Source of the DNA: Lama glama
Taxonomy: Eukaryota
Length of the DNA stretch: 64,000 nucleotides
Direction of reading: 5' to 3'
NCBI GenBank assembly: GCA_028534125.1
Contig: CM052817.1
Coordinates: forward strand, 85,438,001-85,502,000
Within the stretch, counting starts at the first letter, position 1, and every line of letters begins with the position of its first letter. Below the pieces are notes generated by a model. It had not been told where the DNA came from, made no database searches, and saw nothing but the letters and a program-made list of their open reading frames with translations. The position numbers and the translations under genes were made by a program. Shown here one piece after another: positions 1 through 13,694 of the stretch.

Positions 1-142
1 AAGATACTGTTTCATTATCTTTGAGGTATTGATATTTTTGTGGGAAGAATTCAATGCAGAGCTTTTTAAAGCTGAGTTGGGTATGTATCTTAGGCCAAAG
101 GCTCAAACATGACCTTCAATCACAAATGTCACAATCTAAGCT

Positions 143-1090
143 TTTTTCTTCCAGTTTTATTGAGATGTAATTGACATACAACACTGTGTAAATTTAAAGT
201 GTATAACTTAATAAGTTGACATACGTATATATTGCAGAATGATTACAGTAAGTTTAGTTAACATCTGTTACCTCATATATTCAGAATTCTTTTCTTTATG
301 ATGAAATCTTTTAGGATCTACTCTCTTAGCAGCTTTCATATATAGCATAGAGCATTGTTAACTATAGTCACCATGTTGTACATTACATTCCTAGTACTTA
401 TATATCTTATAACTGGAAGTTTGTATCTTTTGACCACCTTCATCCAATTCTCCCACTCCTTACCCCCTACCTCTGGCAATCACAAATCTGATCTCTTATT
501 CTGCATTTTCTCTGAGATTCTGAGAAATTTTGATTCCACGTGTAAGTAAGATCATAGAGTATTTGTTTTTCTTTATCTAACTTATTTTACTTAGTATAAT
601 GCCCTAAAGGTCCATTCATTTTGTCACAGGTGGTAAAATTTCCTTCCTTCTTATGCCTGAATAGTATTCATTGTGTACATACACCACTTCTTTTTTCCCC
701 CAGTTATCTGTTGATGGATACTTAGGTTGTTTCCACACATTGCCTTTTGTAAATAATACTGCAGTGAAAATGGAAGTTCAGATATCTCTTTGACAAAGTG
801 ATTTCATTACCTTTAGGTATATACCTAGAAGTGGAATTGCTAGATCATATGGTATTTCTATTTTTAATTTTTTGAGGCACCTCCATACTGGTTTTTATAG
901 TGACTGTACCAGTTTGCATTCTCACCAACAGTGCACAAGGTTTCCCTTTTTTCCATATCTTTGCAGGCATTTATTTGGAAAAAATATCTGTTCAGATCCT
1001 TTGCCTGCTTTTAAGTTGAATTACTCAGTTTTATGCTCTTGAGTTTTATGAGTTCTTTATATTTTGGATATTAACTCTTACCAGATACAA
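143..1090 (-). mobile_element. L1 3' end (ORF2 C-terminus plus 3' UTR), L1MA9-like laurasiatherian subfamily
   Basis: T-rich tail followed by typical antisense L1 text: 'ttgagatgtaattgacatacaacactg', 'atacctagaagtggaattgctagatcatatgg', 'ctcaccaacagtgcacaagg'. Confidence 0.9.
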
Positions 1091-1239
1091 AATTGGTAGT
1101 AATGCAAATCTGAAGTTAACAATAAAGACACCTTTTAAGCTTTATTTTTTCTGCCCAGGATTACTTTTTTCCTTTTTTGATGTTTAGGATTAATTGCACT
1201 AATGTTCCAATTTTCCAGTAACTCCTCTATCAGTGCCCT

Positions 1240-1683
1240 TCACACTATAACTTTGAAGCTCCTCCCATCAAATAAGCAAAGTCTCGTTCTCTATCTCTGA
1301 ATCTGGACTTGCCTGGCAAACAGAATGCAGGAGATCTGACAAGCCAGTTTCACAATAGACCTCAAGAGGCTTGTCCACTTTCCACTCCCTCCTGTAAGTA
1401 CCTGCCCCTGCCATGAGAACAGGTCCAGACTCTCCTATTGGAGGATAAGATACTTCATGGAGCAGAGCTGAGTCGTAACACACAAGACCGTCTTACATGA
1501 CTCAGATCCACTTGACCCAACAGATAACTGCAGACATAAGAATAAGCACAGTTTAGATTAGCTGAATCAGGTTGTGATAGACAATCACCCAGATGTCCAT
1601 AGACTTAAAAGAAATAATAAATGTTTATTGTTTTAAGCCACTAATTTTCCAAGAGTTTCACTACACATAAATAACTAAATGAT
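1240..1683 (+). mobile_element. MaLR solo LTR (MLT1G/H-like)
   Basis: 'cctcccatca...ctctgaatctggacttgcc' and MLT1 3' end 'aataaatgtttattgttttaagccacta...ataactaaatgata'. Confidence 0.75.
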
Positions 1684-4600
1684 ATAATTGGATGCTTAAC
1701 TCCTCATTCCTTTGTACTACCCATCTCACATGAGATGGTTGAGGCTTCTCTGTTTGGCTTCTAGTGAAATAGTGGACATAAAAGGCATGGTCAATCAGAG
1801 CAGGCTAAGCCCGAGTCTGCGTGTTTGGGGAATGGACCAAAGCGGGGCCAGCATTTTACCAGAAACTTCTCACCATAGTTTTTAGAAAAGTCTTTCTCTT
1901 TTTGATAGGCTGATAAATCAAATTGATAGTGGCAATCTAAAAGACAAAGAGTGTATCCATGACAGAACTCTCAGAACATCATTGGGACTTTGGACTTGCT
2001 TTACCTGAAACCAGAACTTTTTGATTAGATAAGTCAATTTTATTTTTAATTTTAACTGAAGCAATGTTGTTTGGGTTTCCACTACAATAAAAAATGTCTG
2101 GGTAATACAGGGTTTTATCACCATCTGGCTAGTCATATGGGAGAAGGAATTTCAAGAAACTGCCAGAGAGGTACTGCGGTGAGCCAATCCCTCAACAACA
2201 AATAACAGAAAGTGAAAGAGACAGCAAAGAGCATGCACTTGTATCTTTTAACATGTAGTGCTTCCTTATCAAGCAAATGTGTCTGAAGCCATTTCTGTCA
2301 ATTTAAACTATCATATTGTAAATCCCACTTTCCTTTGCAGCAGGAGCTGAGGTCACAAATAGGAACGTAAGAAAAAATCCTGTTATGACAAAATTAAACA
2401 AAGTCTGAAAGTATTACTGCCCCTTCCACTCCAACTGCCACCCCTGTTACTAGGTGCTGAAGTTGAAGTGATTAAATTGCGTAACTCTTTCATTGGCAAA
2501 CAAAGTATATCTTGGGATTCTCTTTTCAATTATAGTATATTTTAGAATGGAATGGGAAGAAATGTCAGACTGATAGTTTTCTAGATAGCTTGTTTTCCCA
2601 TGTGTCTTTGTCTGAGTGTACATGCATTCAGAGAGAGAGCATCTTACAGTCAGAGCCACTAGGTAAATTAGGCAGCCTTGTCAATTGTCAAACATCAGGT
2701 TTACTATAAGTGATCCCTTTATTTTAATGTTATTTGACAATATTTGCCTGTGCAAAGTATCTTTAAAAATCTGATATTCAACTTTTATGGGGTCCCAAAT
2801 AGAATATACTATGCCTTATTTAAAATTGGGGGCAAAAAGACAAATTAATAATAGTCAAGAAGTATGAAACACAGGAAATGTTAATTTTCCAAATGTCTTT
2901 GGTTCTACTAGCTATTGTAAACTCATGAATGTGACAGTTGAGACGTTTAGCATGAATGGTGCTATTAGTTTTGTTTATAGTAAACCTTTAATGATCTGAA
3001 AGGAAATGCAAAACTAGTAAAATTAGCTATGGAGAAATATGATATAAAGTTAACACACTAGGAGCACTTGCTTTAATGTAAACCTGGAATCCTAGTTATT
3101 CACCCAATATAAACAAATGCTAGAAAGGTAGGTTGTTTGTGCAGATACATTAATAATAAAACAAAAAGCAAAATACTTTTGAATTCAGCCATGCTGGCTG
3201 AATATATTTTTTAAAGAAATAACTCATGATGAGGATAGTTGGCTTCTAAGCTTGTATTGCAGATGTCAGTATCTGAGTCTGTCTTTGTTTAGCTTTTATT
3301 GCTGCTACATGTCATGTACATGAGAAATTGAAAACTAAGCATAGGGTTGAATTAATTTATGACTGTTGTGAAATTAACTGTCAATTAAATTAACACTAAT
3401 TTTCAATAATCTTAAATAGGGGTTAATTTCACTTTCATTTCCACCTTCTAACACTGTAGATACTTAGTATCCATCCATTCTTAGTAATGAGTGTATGTGA
3501 ATAAAGTATGTGAAATTGTGTTATATTTCCACCAATTATACTGTTGTTAGTTTTTCATTTGATAGTCTTTATTGCAAACTTTCTTTCAATCTTTTTACTT
3601 TCATTTTCATATCTACTTAAAATTACTGTTAAAAAAGAGAAAGAAGAGTGTCTTTCTTAAAAGCAAGAGAGGGAGCATTATTTTAAATGGAAATTCAGCT
3701 GGTATTGAGCATATTTCCATTTTCATTTTAGCATTCATTATTCTCTGGTACATAAACTTGTCAGATCTGAACAGTGAACAGTATAGAGCATAAGACAGTG
3801 TTGGAATTGTAACTGGCAGGAAAAAAGAATGAAAGAACAAATTCAACAGAAAAAGAAAAAATAGAAGAAAGGAAGGGAGGAAAGGAGAAGAGCTGTACTG
3901 ATAATCCAGGCATTCTCCCTGGCCATGGAAATAGATAAAGGGATCATTATTCTCTGAAATAAAATTGCACTGAAGCAATATGCACTCATTGTGTTTCCAT
4001 CATTTCTGAGATTGTAAGTCTTCTATAGCATGTTACATGTGGAAATGTTTAATTATAATAGTATGATAATGTTACCTAGATTGTTAATCTATTTTAACAT
4101 TTCCAAAATATCTTTTGTGAGATTATTATATTTGTTTTATTATAACATAAGGAAACATTAACATAGTACACATTTTTGATAGATTTTACAGAAACCCACT
4201 GATGAGTCTAAAGAATCTAACGGTAGAGAAAGATCAGACACCTTATTCCTTCACTAGTTCAGCTCCTGTAACATCTCATGGCCTTAGCAGCTGTCCAGTT
4301 AAAATTCTCACAGAATCTGGGGAAGTTTTAAGAAATACAGACCAATGAATGTTTAGAGCAAGTTACTTTAAAGTTATAAAATGTTCTTAAATAAAATTTC
4401 GAGCCAAAAATAATTGACTGTAATGCCACCTTCCCTAGTTATATGAATTCTATCCAATATTATTGTAGAATTTTGGATAATGAGTATACAGATTAATATT
4501 GAATTAAAGTTACCCCAGTCTACGTGAAGTTTCTAGAAGCTTTAGTGATAAGTAATAGAATCTGTCTATGCAAGTGGCATTCATGTGCGATGTGTAGTAC

Positions 4601-5519
4601 AGCCTTTGTGTGTGCTTGCACTGACTTACGTATATCTGGGGACATATAGTAAATCATAATTTTCCCTGTGAATGAATGTAACTGTTCCTAGAAGTGAATT
4701 TGCTTTGTACCTTCTTATAATATGAAGACATTGATTATATATTAAAATTGGGTAGTTATAAGAATCAAAGCTAAGATACAAAAAAGTAAATCCAGAAAAA
4801 TATTCTTCTTAATAATGATTTAAACACAATTTGTTAAAAAGTTGTAGAAAGTGTTAGCACAGAGGTTTTCAATTTCAGTCATTATAACTCATTCCTGATA
4901 TGAATCATTTTCTAAAATTAATTTATTAATTACAGCAGTTAAGTGTAATTATTCTACCTATTCAAGATTTTTATTATTACTTTTTAACACCAAGATAAAT
5001 TCAGTGGAGGATAATTATCATAACAATAATTCAGCACACATTTTTCGACCTGCTTGGTATTACAATATGTTCTCGAGAGTACTGGCTTCCATGTTAATTA
5101 GTCATTCATGAAGTCACCTCTCTGTTCAGTTAGGCCTTCTAGAAGCAATTTAAAGGATAATAATTTTTTTTCTAAGGAGACTTGGCAGAGAAAATGTCCT
5201 TATCCTGATTTCTATTTTAGTTTTAATAAAAAGCATTAAATAAATTAAAGGGAAAATAGGAAAGCAGGAGAGAAAAGATTATCAAATAATCTCAGGTACC
5301 AAACATACACACACACACACACATACACAATAAAAATAAAACATTTATATTAGAAAAGAAAAGACTCAGAAATTAGGTGTCTTTCTGAGCCAGAAGCCTC
5401 AAGTCAAAGGCAGATCCCTTTATTACACACCTTCTTCTCCAAAAATATCATTGTGCCTCTGAGAACACTGCAATCAATTAGCACTGCACTAGGCACCCTG
5501 TTATCACATTCAGAGCTCC

Positions 5520-5640
5520 ATTAAGTGAGAACTAGAAAAGGTATGAATGCAAAACAAACAAAAAAGATCCAAATAGAAATCTTAGAACTTAATGATATAA
5601 TAACTGAAACTTAAGAATCTTTAGATTTGGTATGGCAGAA
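5520..5640 (+). mobile_element. Old L1 ORF1 fragment running into the gap
   Basis: 'ccaaatagaaatcttagaacttaatgatataataactgaaac' resembles the L1 ORF1 NQMEILELKNTITEI segment. Confidence 0.55.
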
Positions 5641-6140
5641 NNNNNNNNNNNNNNNNNNNNNNNNNNNNNNNNNNNNNNNNNNNNNNNNNNNNNNNNNNNN
5701 NNNNNNNNNNNNNNNNNNNNNNNNNNNNNNNNNNNNNNNNNNNNNNNNNNNNNNNNNNNNNNNNNNNNNNNNNNNNNNNNNNNNNNNNNNNNNNNNNNNN
5801 NNNNNNNNNNNNNNNNNNNNNNNNNNNNNNNNNNNNNNNNNNNNNNNNNNNNNNNNNNNNNNNNNNNNNNNNNNNNNNNNNNNNNNNNNNNNNNNNNNNN
5901 NNNNNNNNNNNNNNNNNNNNNNNNNNNNNNNNNNNNNNNNNNNNNNNNNNNNNNNNNNNNNNNNNNNNNNNNNNNNNNNNNNNNNNNNNNNNNNNNNNNN
6001 NNNNNNNNNNNNNNNNNNNNNNNNNNNNNNNNNNNNNNNNNNNNNNNNNNNNNNNNNNNNNNNNNNNNNNNNNNNNNNNNNNNNNNNNNNNNNNNNNNNN
6101 NNNNNNNNNNNNNNNNNNNNNNNNNNNNNNNNNNNNNNNN
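5641..6140. other. Assembly gap (500 N)
   Basis: Run of 500 n; the round length suggests a placeholder size. Confidence 1.
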
Positions 6141-6700
6141 ATTAGGTCAATTGTATCCTGTCAGAAAAATCATTAATAATAATAATATCTGTGTAAAGAA
6201 GAAAGTTTAATATTCCTAAAAAAATATTTCTTTACATCTATAAATTAGAAAATCTCATCAAGTCATAAAAGGCTAAAATGATACTTTGTTGATGAAAAAA
6301 ATTTAAACGTATAACAAATCTATATGGACTAATCAAACTTGTGAAAATAAAGATGTGCAAATGTTAATAAAGATATAATTGTTAGACTTTCAGATTGGTA
6401 AAAAATAAAAATACTGATAAAACCATTACTATATATTAGAGTTATAAATGCATAGTTATTGAGATTATTGAAATTAACAATTTTTTCAATGTTTTAGCAA
6501 TATGTATATATTCTAAGTGGAAATGAATAAAAAGAGTTAGGTACAGATATATTCATATCAGATTTTTTCATAATAGCAATTTGGAAACAATTTATGACCA
6601 TTAAAGGGTGCTAGCCAAACACACTGTGACAAAATCACTTAAAAATGTGTTTATAACATTTAATATTTCTTTGTCTACAAGCATTTGACTGTGAATGCTT
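6141..6700 (+). mobile_element. Degraded L1ME-type ORF2 3' region
   Basis: 'ttcataatagcaatttggaaacaatttatgaccattaaaggg' resembles L1 'IIAKNWKQPKCP'; A-rich plus strand. Confidence 0.55.
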
Positions 6701-6769
6701 ATGGCTGTGTGTGAGGGGAGCAGATTTTCTAGCTTGAAGGGATTCATGCAGCTTCTTAAATGAATGATT

Positions 6770-8060
6770 TGATATCCTTTGTCCATTTTTCAAATATTCT
6801 CAGATACTGCTTCTTAAATTGCTTCTGTCTCAAGGTCTTTCTCTTCTCCTTCTATGACTCCAATTATACATTTTTAAAATGTTTCACTGTGTCCCAAATG
6901 TCTCTTAGTTTGTTTTATTGTTTTCCACTTAGTATTTTTATACTATAGCTTGTAGAGCATTTTCCTTTTCTCTATCCTTCAGTTTACTAATCATCTTTCC
7001 TATTGTGTCTAGTGTTTAGTCTGCTATTTGTACTCACTATTAAATTGTTATAGTTCTTTTATTTGTGTGTATATATATATATAAATTATGTATTTTGTAT
7101 ATTTACTCTGAAAGTTTTATTTGATTTCTTATTTTTATTGACTTCCAATCTCTGACAAATTCCTTTCCTCCCTTTTTTTTTCACCATATTTTTATGGTTA
7201 TTTTAAATCATATGTCTGATTATACTGATATGTGAGTCAACCTTAGTTATGTGTCTATTTTCTGTTTAAACTTTGTTTTTGATTATTTAGTCATGAATTT
7301 TAATGTGCCTCAGAAGGTTTGATTGAATGCTGCATATATGAAAATCTGTGTTGATTCTGGATGATGTCATCATTCTCAACAGACAAGTATGTTTGTTTGT
7401 TTACTTTTTCTGGCAGTCAGAAAGATAATAGGTGGATCAGTGTGACATTGTCTAAATTTAATTTATACTTGCTTAGGGCTGGTATACATCAATTTCATCT
7501 TTATTTCAATAGTGTATTATTTCCACATACAACATTGAAGGTTCTAGGTTTTCAAAGAAAAGCCCGAGTTGTTTGTAAAAGCCCTTCTACATGGAAGGGA
7601 TAGACCTCCATCCACTGCCTCATCTGAATAGTGTAGCAGCAGAAATATCTGCTCAGGTCTTTAGCCTACCAGCTTCTGCCTTCTGCTGGGTTTCCTGAAG
7701 TTTCATCTTACACATGAACAGCTGTTCATTTGACATGCATAGCTTCAAAAATAAATTTGAAATGGATTTTGGGCTCACTTCTCCATGGTTCCCTACTTTT
7801 TCAAGATTTTGCCTGTTGAGTCCCAGGTGTTTGGGTACACACCACAAACACCAACCTTTATATCTAGCAACCAGTGAGATTCTCACTTTGTACTTAATCT
7901 CTTTTTTGTTCTGTAGTGAACTAGAAAATGCACTTAGGGAAAAGACCAGAGGGAATGTGAGTTTTGCACTGTTTTATGTCCCTTCTCTTAGGTATCATAG
8001 CCTGCTGAGCCTTGTCTGTGCCACTTTCTCTTAAATGATTGTCAAATATTTTTACTTATA
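6770..8060 (-). mobile_element. Ancient L1/HAL1-type ORF1 and 5' region
   Basis: 'ctcttctccttctatgactccaattatacat...gtttcactgtgtcccaaatgtctctt' is typical antisense old L1/HAL1 ORF1 sequence. Confidence 0.6.
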
Positions 8061-8269
8061 TAATTGTTGCAAGAAGAAATAAAAATTCACTAAATTTTGT
8101 TCATTTATAGTTCATTTCTTTTGCTTTATCTATGTTCTTGATTTTAAAAGTTAGCTCATATAGTTTACCTTTTATGTATACTAATAGTTGAAACGCATGA
8201 TTTTTTCTGAACTTGTCACAACTAGAAATTTACAAATTTGAGTGATGCTTATTTGCTCTTCTCTAGAAC

Positions 8270-8470
8270 CTCTGAAATTAGAAGTAGTGACAACTGGAAC
8301 AGCCACCTGGGAATGAGAGGTGAAAGCTTCATATTGAGGAAAACATAAATTGTCTGTCTTCCTAGATTGCTTACCTCTGGAATGTTACAAGAGAGAGAAA
8401 TAGACATATATGCTTTAAGCTTGTGCATTTGGGGGTCTCTTTGTTAAAGCAGTTAATCTTTTACCCAAAG
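8270..8470 (+). mobile_element. MaLR LTR 3' part (MLT1J/K-like)
   Basis: 'ctagattgcttacctctggaatgttacaagagagagaaatagac...tttaagc...gggggtctctttgttaaagcag'. Confidence 0.65.
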
Positions 8471-8721
8471 TCATGCAAGTCGTGCTATATTATATTATCT
8501 GTTCACATGCCTGTCTCTGCCACCAGTTTATTAGAGGATCAAGGACATAAAACGGATTTAATGTTCATTTTCTTTTCATTCTAGCATAACATACTATATA
8601 AAGAAGTTGTATTATGGAGGAGTTAATTTGCAGGAACATATATCCTTATTATTTTGCACACCTCAGATAAATCTACTCTTACCTGCTTAGATATTAGCCT
8701 TCAGATACTGGAGATAGGTCG

Positions 8722-8760
8722 GTAGATAGATAGATAGACAGACAGACAGATAGATATAGA
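8722..8760 (+). repeat. (GATA)n/(GACA)n compound microsatellite
   Basis: 'gtagatagatagatagacagacagacagatagatataga' seen directly. Confidence 0.9.
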
Positions 8761-10286
8761 GAGTTGATATTAAGTGCAAGGCAGATAATTTCAGAGCTGG
8801 TTGAATTATTTTTGAAGAAGAGAAAGCAGAAAATATTGTTAGCAGCAATAATACAAAATATTTATTTCCATAAACTGTTTTTACTTTAAAATTGAAAAAA
8901 ATACAGCATTACAGATATAACCAAGGGATCTGATATAGTCAATGCCATGGGTAAATATATAATTAACATTGCTCAGAGGCTTGCAGTTTAGTAAAAATTA
9001 AATTGCTATATCATATAGAAATCAAGGATTTATTTGTCAGTCACAATTAGTAATTTCTAACCATGACTCAGATACTAATTTCTTAATTAGAATATGTATG
9101 TTTGTCAAGATTTTTATGAGTGAATCTGGGTATTTGCTAGCTTGCACATTGCCCTCTATGTTGCAACAAAAGAATATATCTCTGTAAAGTGCTAAACAAA
9201 GGAAACAGAAATAGGATAAAATTATAGTATTTTACATTCTGAAAGGGTACACTAATTTTATGTTTATGATAGTAAACCCATGGATATATGCTAATTTTAA
9301 TGACTGATTATTTTACCCAAGGAAATGAAGCTGTTAAAATATTCAAAATGACAAAAAAAAATTCATATGCACTGACTTATACTGGGAGAAATTTGACGGA
9401 AGAACGTGTTCTGGGCAATCAATCATGGTTGTCTACAATGGTATTAATCACCTCATGGGTCGGGTTGTTTGTCTTCTCATCATCTTTGAAGCTTAGATAT
9501 TTAAAAATGTTCTGCCAAGATGCGCTTCATGTAAATGAACCATATGTTGGAAGTTTACAGTGTTGCCAAGGTGTTGTTAAGACTTGTTCAAGGTAGAAAG
9601 TTTTCCTCATTATGTTCATATTTATTACTGAAGAAAAACTTAGACTCCAAGTCCTTTATAGGTTAGTCCCAAACATTCAAAATTTGGAAAGTGAAAATAA
9701 CATAAATATCTTGTCACTGAAGCTTTTTTCTTACATACTATTTGGCAGAGCATAGGTATGACAAATAATTATTTTATTGGGCTTTTTTCTTAGTTCCCAG
9801 AGGAAATAATTACTTCTGATGCCTATTATCTGTACTGGGTCTTCCTTCTGGAAAAATCTGATATCTATTCAGTATTTGTCATTAGATACCTTGATATTTT
9901 TATGATTATCAAGTGATTGTTTTCATTAACAAACTTTTAAAATGTTTTATTATTCTTTTTATATAAATATTGAAATATTTTTATATGATTTCCAAAATAA
10001 CATAGATTATTTTCATAGAAGTAGTTTGATACCACCATTCATCCTGGTAACCTCAAGCTCAAAGATCAACCTGTGGCTGAAAATCAGCAATTACTCATTT
10101 ACTCAGTATATTTACAAATGAGAGACTGTATTACGTGATACAAACTTGGTAACATAAAAGATGTGGTTCCATTCATGACAAAGTCAGTACAGTTGAGAGC
10201 TGGTTTCTAAATAAATAAATATGAGACAAAATGAACCTTTCAGATACAATTTCTAATAAAAAATGTACATATTAAACTCCATTAAG

Positions 10287-10713
10287 TTTCCAAAGAAAAT
10301 GAAAGCATGAACACGAGAAGACACATGCACCGCCCCTCCCTGTTCACTGAAGCACTAATTACAATAGCTAAGATATGGAAACAACCCAAGTGTCCATAGA
10401 AGGATGAATGGATAAAGCAATATATATACACATACATACATAATGGGATAATGTTCAGCCATAAAAAAGAATGAAATCTTGCTATAAGCAACAGCATAGA
10501 TGGACTTTTAGGGCATTATGTTAAATGAAACAAGTCAGACAGAGAAAGACAAATACTATATGACCTCTCTTAAGTGTGGAATCTGAAAAAGAAAAGCTCA
10601 TAAATACAGAGAGCAGATTGGTGCTTACCAGAGGCAGAAGGTGGGGAGGGGGTGGGAGAAATGGATGAAGGGTGCCAAAAGGTAAAAAAATCAAAAAAAT
10701 TAAAAAAAAATAA
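10287..10713 (+). mobile_element. 5'-truncated L1 3' end with short 3' UTR and A-rich tail
   Basis: 'acaatagctaagatatggaaacaacccaagtgtcca', 'caagtcagacagagaaagacaaatact', then an A-tail; possible TSD aaactccatta (10274-10284) / aaactacatta (10714-10724). Confidence 0.9.
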
Positions 10714-10879
10714 AAACTACATTAGAAGTATTTAGTATAAAGTCAAAATTTCATTCCAAGGGGATGGGAAGATAGACAGCTAAAAATAAATTATAATTTA
10801 TATTATCTATTTGTGTCTGTGCTCTAGAAGCATATAGGTCTGTATTTTTTTGTTTGCTTTTGTTTTTGTTTTTTGCTTA

Positions 10880-11400
10880 GAATGTCTTTTGTTTTGGAAT
10901 CAAGGTAGTACTGGATTCACAGAATAAGTTGAGAAACAATCTGTTTACTTTCTAAATTCTGAAAGAGTTTCTATAAGATCAATTAAATTTTATTCTTTAA
11001 ATTTTTGATGGAGCTAACCAGTGAACATATGTGGGGCTGGAATTTTCTTTGTGGGAATATGTTGTAATCCTAAATATCATTTCTCTAATAACTGATATAA
11101 TTAAGATTTCTATTCTTTTTTTGGTTAATTTTTATCATTTACATCTACTAAGCAATTTATATTTGTCATCAAGGTTGCAGTATTTATTGGCATAACATTG
11201 TCTATATACCCCCACATATGTGGAATCAGCAGTTATATTCCGTCTTTCATTTCTATGTTGTCTTGCTTTTATCTTCATTAATCTACTCATATGTTTAGCA
11301 ATTTTAGATATTTTTAAAGAACTAACTTTTGATTTCATTGATTTTCTTAACTGTTAATCTGCATTCAATTTAATTTTCTGTGGCTCTTTACTTTTTCTTA
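10880..11400 (-). mobile_element. Old L1 ORF2 fragment
   Basis: ORF 11135-11338 (KISKIAKHMSRLMK...RNERRNITADST...YANKYCNLDD) matches L1 ORF2 'KINKIDKPLARLIK..RNEKGDITTDPTE..YANKLDNLEE'. Confidence 0.85.
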
Positions 11401-12639
11401 CTTGGTAAAGCAAATTTTATCAAATTTGATAAACATTTGCCCATTATTTATCCCAAGATTTTATGTTCCTCCCTCCTCTTGGACTTTTTATAACAATGTT
11501 TGGAAGGTGGGTGAGCAGGAGGAGTTCAAAGAGAAACCATTAGGTTTCTGACAATCATAGGTGGGGTGGGGGATGAGTCAGACTGCTCTTCGAATAGTTT
11601 AGGGGTGAATGAATAGTTCTTGACGTAAGAGAATTTCAGTGGGATTAGAGAGCTGGGGAAATATGAAAAGTAAGCTAGAAAGCAACATAATGACAAGATT
11701 TTTGCTTGTGCAAGTGTGTAACTTTTAGTGTTTCTATTTTGTGATATATATTATTTTTGGAGATAAACAGTGAATTTTGTGTCTTTATATTTCCCCAGGA
11801 ATTTAAGTGTATATTTTGAATTTTAAAAATATTTAAAGATGATAATGAAGTAGATTAAAAGATCCCTGAACTGAAGTGTGTCTGGCTGGTTGATGAACTT
11901 TGATCACAGCGTTCCTCTTCTTTCTGGACTATTTCACTCACATAAATCTCTATTAATATTTACTCTAAATTAGTTTGAATGTCATTCTTATAATTACATG
12001 AATATTTCTAAGAATGAATAATATTTTAGCATATGATGTTTGAATAGCACAATTATAGGGCCTGCTTTATGGAAATATACAAACTCTTCTATCACATAAA
12101 TATAGTGAAGAAGAAACAACAAATTCTAACCTAAAGAAGATAAACATACACATTATAAACTTCATGCTAAAATCTTTCAAGGAAGTTAATCTTCAAAACA
12201 GTCTATTCTCTGTTTCTTTTTCTTTGTTGGTTTTATGGTTTTACTGTTGTGTGGCTGTCATACTCCATCTTTATTGCTGCCTCTTTCTGTTTCCCTTGTA
12301 TACTCAAATACACTTTTTAGCTTGAATAGATTTGTGAAGAATTTGTTTGTTTCCAGTGAGTTTATTGCTTGGAGAAAAGTTGAGACTTTAAAAAGGAAAT
12401 GTAAACATTTTCAGCCCAGCTTGACAGGTCTATTACATTTCAAATTTAGGAGAAATGATTCATAAGTTTCCTCAGATTCTCAGAACTGGCTTACCTGTTT
12501 AGCAGAAACTCACCTTCAGGGCATCTATTTTTTACTGGAATTTTTCTCAGTGCAGATAACAGACATTTTCGTATAGTGAAATTTTAAGTTATGAAAACAG
12601 TAAGCATAACTTAACTACTATTATTAATGCTACTGCCAC

Positions 12640-12876
12640 CTAATAATAAAATAACATATTTTGAGAGCTTACTACTGCATACTAAGCAATGCTGTAACCT
12701 CTTTTCATGTATTAATTTATTTAGGTCTCATATAAGCAGTATGAAGTAGATAACATACACATACCTATTTTCCACATGAAAAAAGTTTAGGTGCCTGATT
12801 TGTAAACAGTACATCAACATAGTAACTGACAGTGTTTATGTTTGAACTCAGGCACTTGGGCTCTAATGTCCAGTCT
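12640..12876 (-). mobile_element. MIR SINE
   Basis: Antisense MIR: 'aacatattttgagagcttacta...cctattttccacatgaa...tttgaactcaggcacttgggctcta'. Confidence 0.75.
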
Positions 12877-13437
12877 ATAAAAAAAAAATTATGGCCAGTT
12901 TTATCCTCCAGTGAATAAGGGCCATCAGTAAAGACTTAGTGGCTACCTGAATTAATTATGGCAGTATCTTGGTGGATAGCATTTGCTCTTTGTGGTTACT
13001 GATATGTAACACGTATAAATTTCAAGGCATATTCGGTAGAAATATTCGTTAATATCGGTGATAGTACCTAAAATGCTCAATCCATATGTCTGATTATTTG
13101 TAAATGAAGTACAGGGTTAAGCTTTGTAAGAATTATTTGAACCAATGATAGATCTGATTTCCTATGTAACTACACATTACTGGGTACATTTAAGATTTAG
13201 TTTGTTGATGATACGTATTTTGTATGGAAGCATTGATTTATATTTTGTGACCAAATAATTGGCATTCTGTGTTTCATTTGTAAATAATTAATTTTAAACA
13301 CAATCCATTTGCTTTATCCATTAAATGGTAGCAATAAGCAAGTTAGACATTCAGCTTTATAGTATGTTTTCTTTGTATTGAACTTTGATATCCATTATAA
13401 ATACTATGAACCATTTGCTTAAGTTTAAAATCAATGG

Positions 13438-13496
13438 TTTACCTTATTTAAGAAAAGTATTAGGTATTTACCTTATTTAAGAAAAGTATTTAGGTA
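13438..13496 (+). repeat. Two-copy tandem duplication (29/30 bp unit)
   Basis: tttaccttatttaagaaaagtattaggta followed by tttaccttatttaagaaaagtatttaggta. Confidence 0.95.
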
Positions 13497-13694
13497 CATC
13501 CTTACAAATTACATATATTTAGAAGAAATTATTTTAAGAAATGCAGTATTTTATATTAAGATATTAATTAGTTTCAATATCAATATAGCTACATAAGTTA
13601 AAAAATGATGTTAAAGAAGTGGACAAAAGTTTCTATCCTACAACATCAGTTATTAGTGAGGCCAGAAGATAGATGTTATATGAAGACACTGAAA

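Noticed and set aside
5627..6210. The two longest ORFs (172 and 192 aa)
   Set aside because: Artefacts of translating the N gap.
9288..9596. 102-aa ORF in apparently unique sequence
   Set aside because: No recognisable domain or convincing splice structure; this length can arise by chance in 64 kb.
12485..12575. Two strong minus-strand donors (CAG|GTAAGC, AAG|GTGAGT)
   Set aside because: No good upstream acceptor or recognisable peptide; isolated donors are common.
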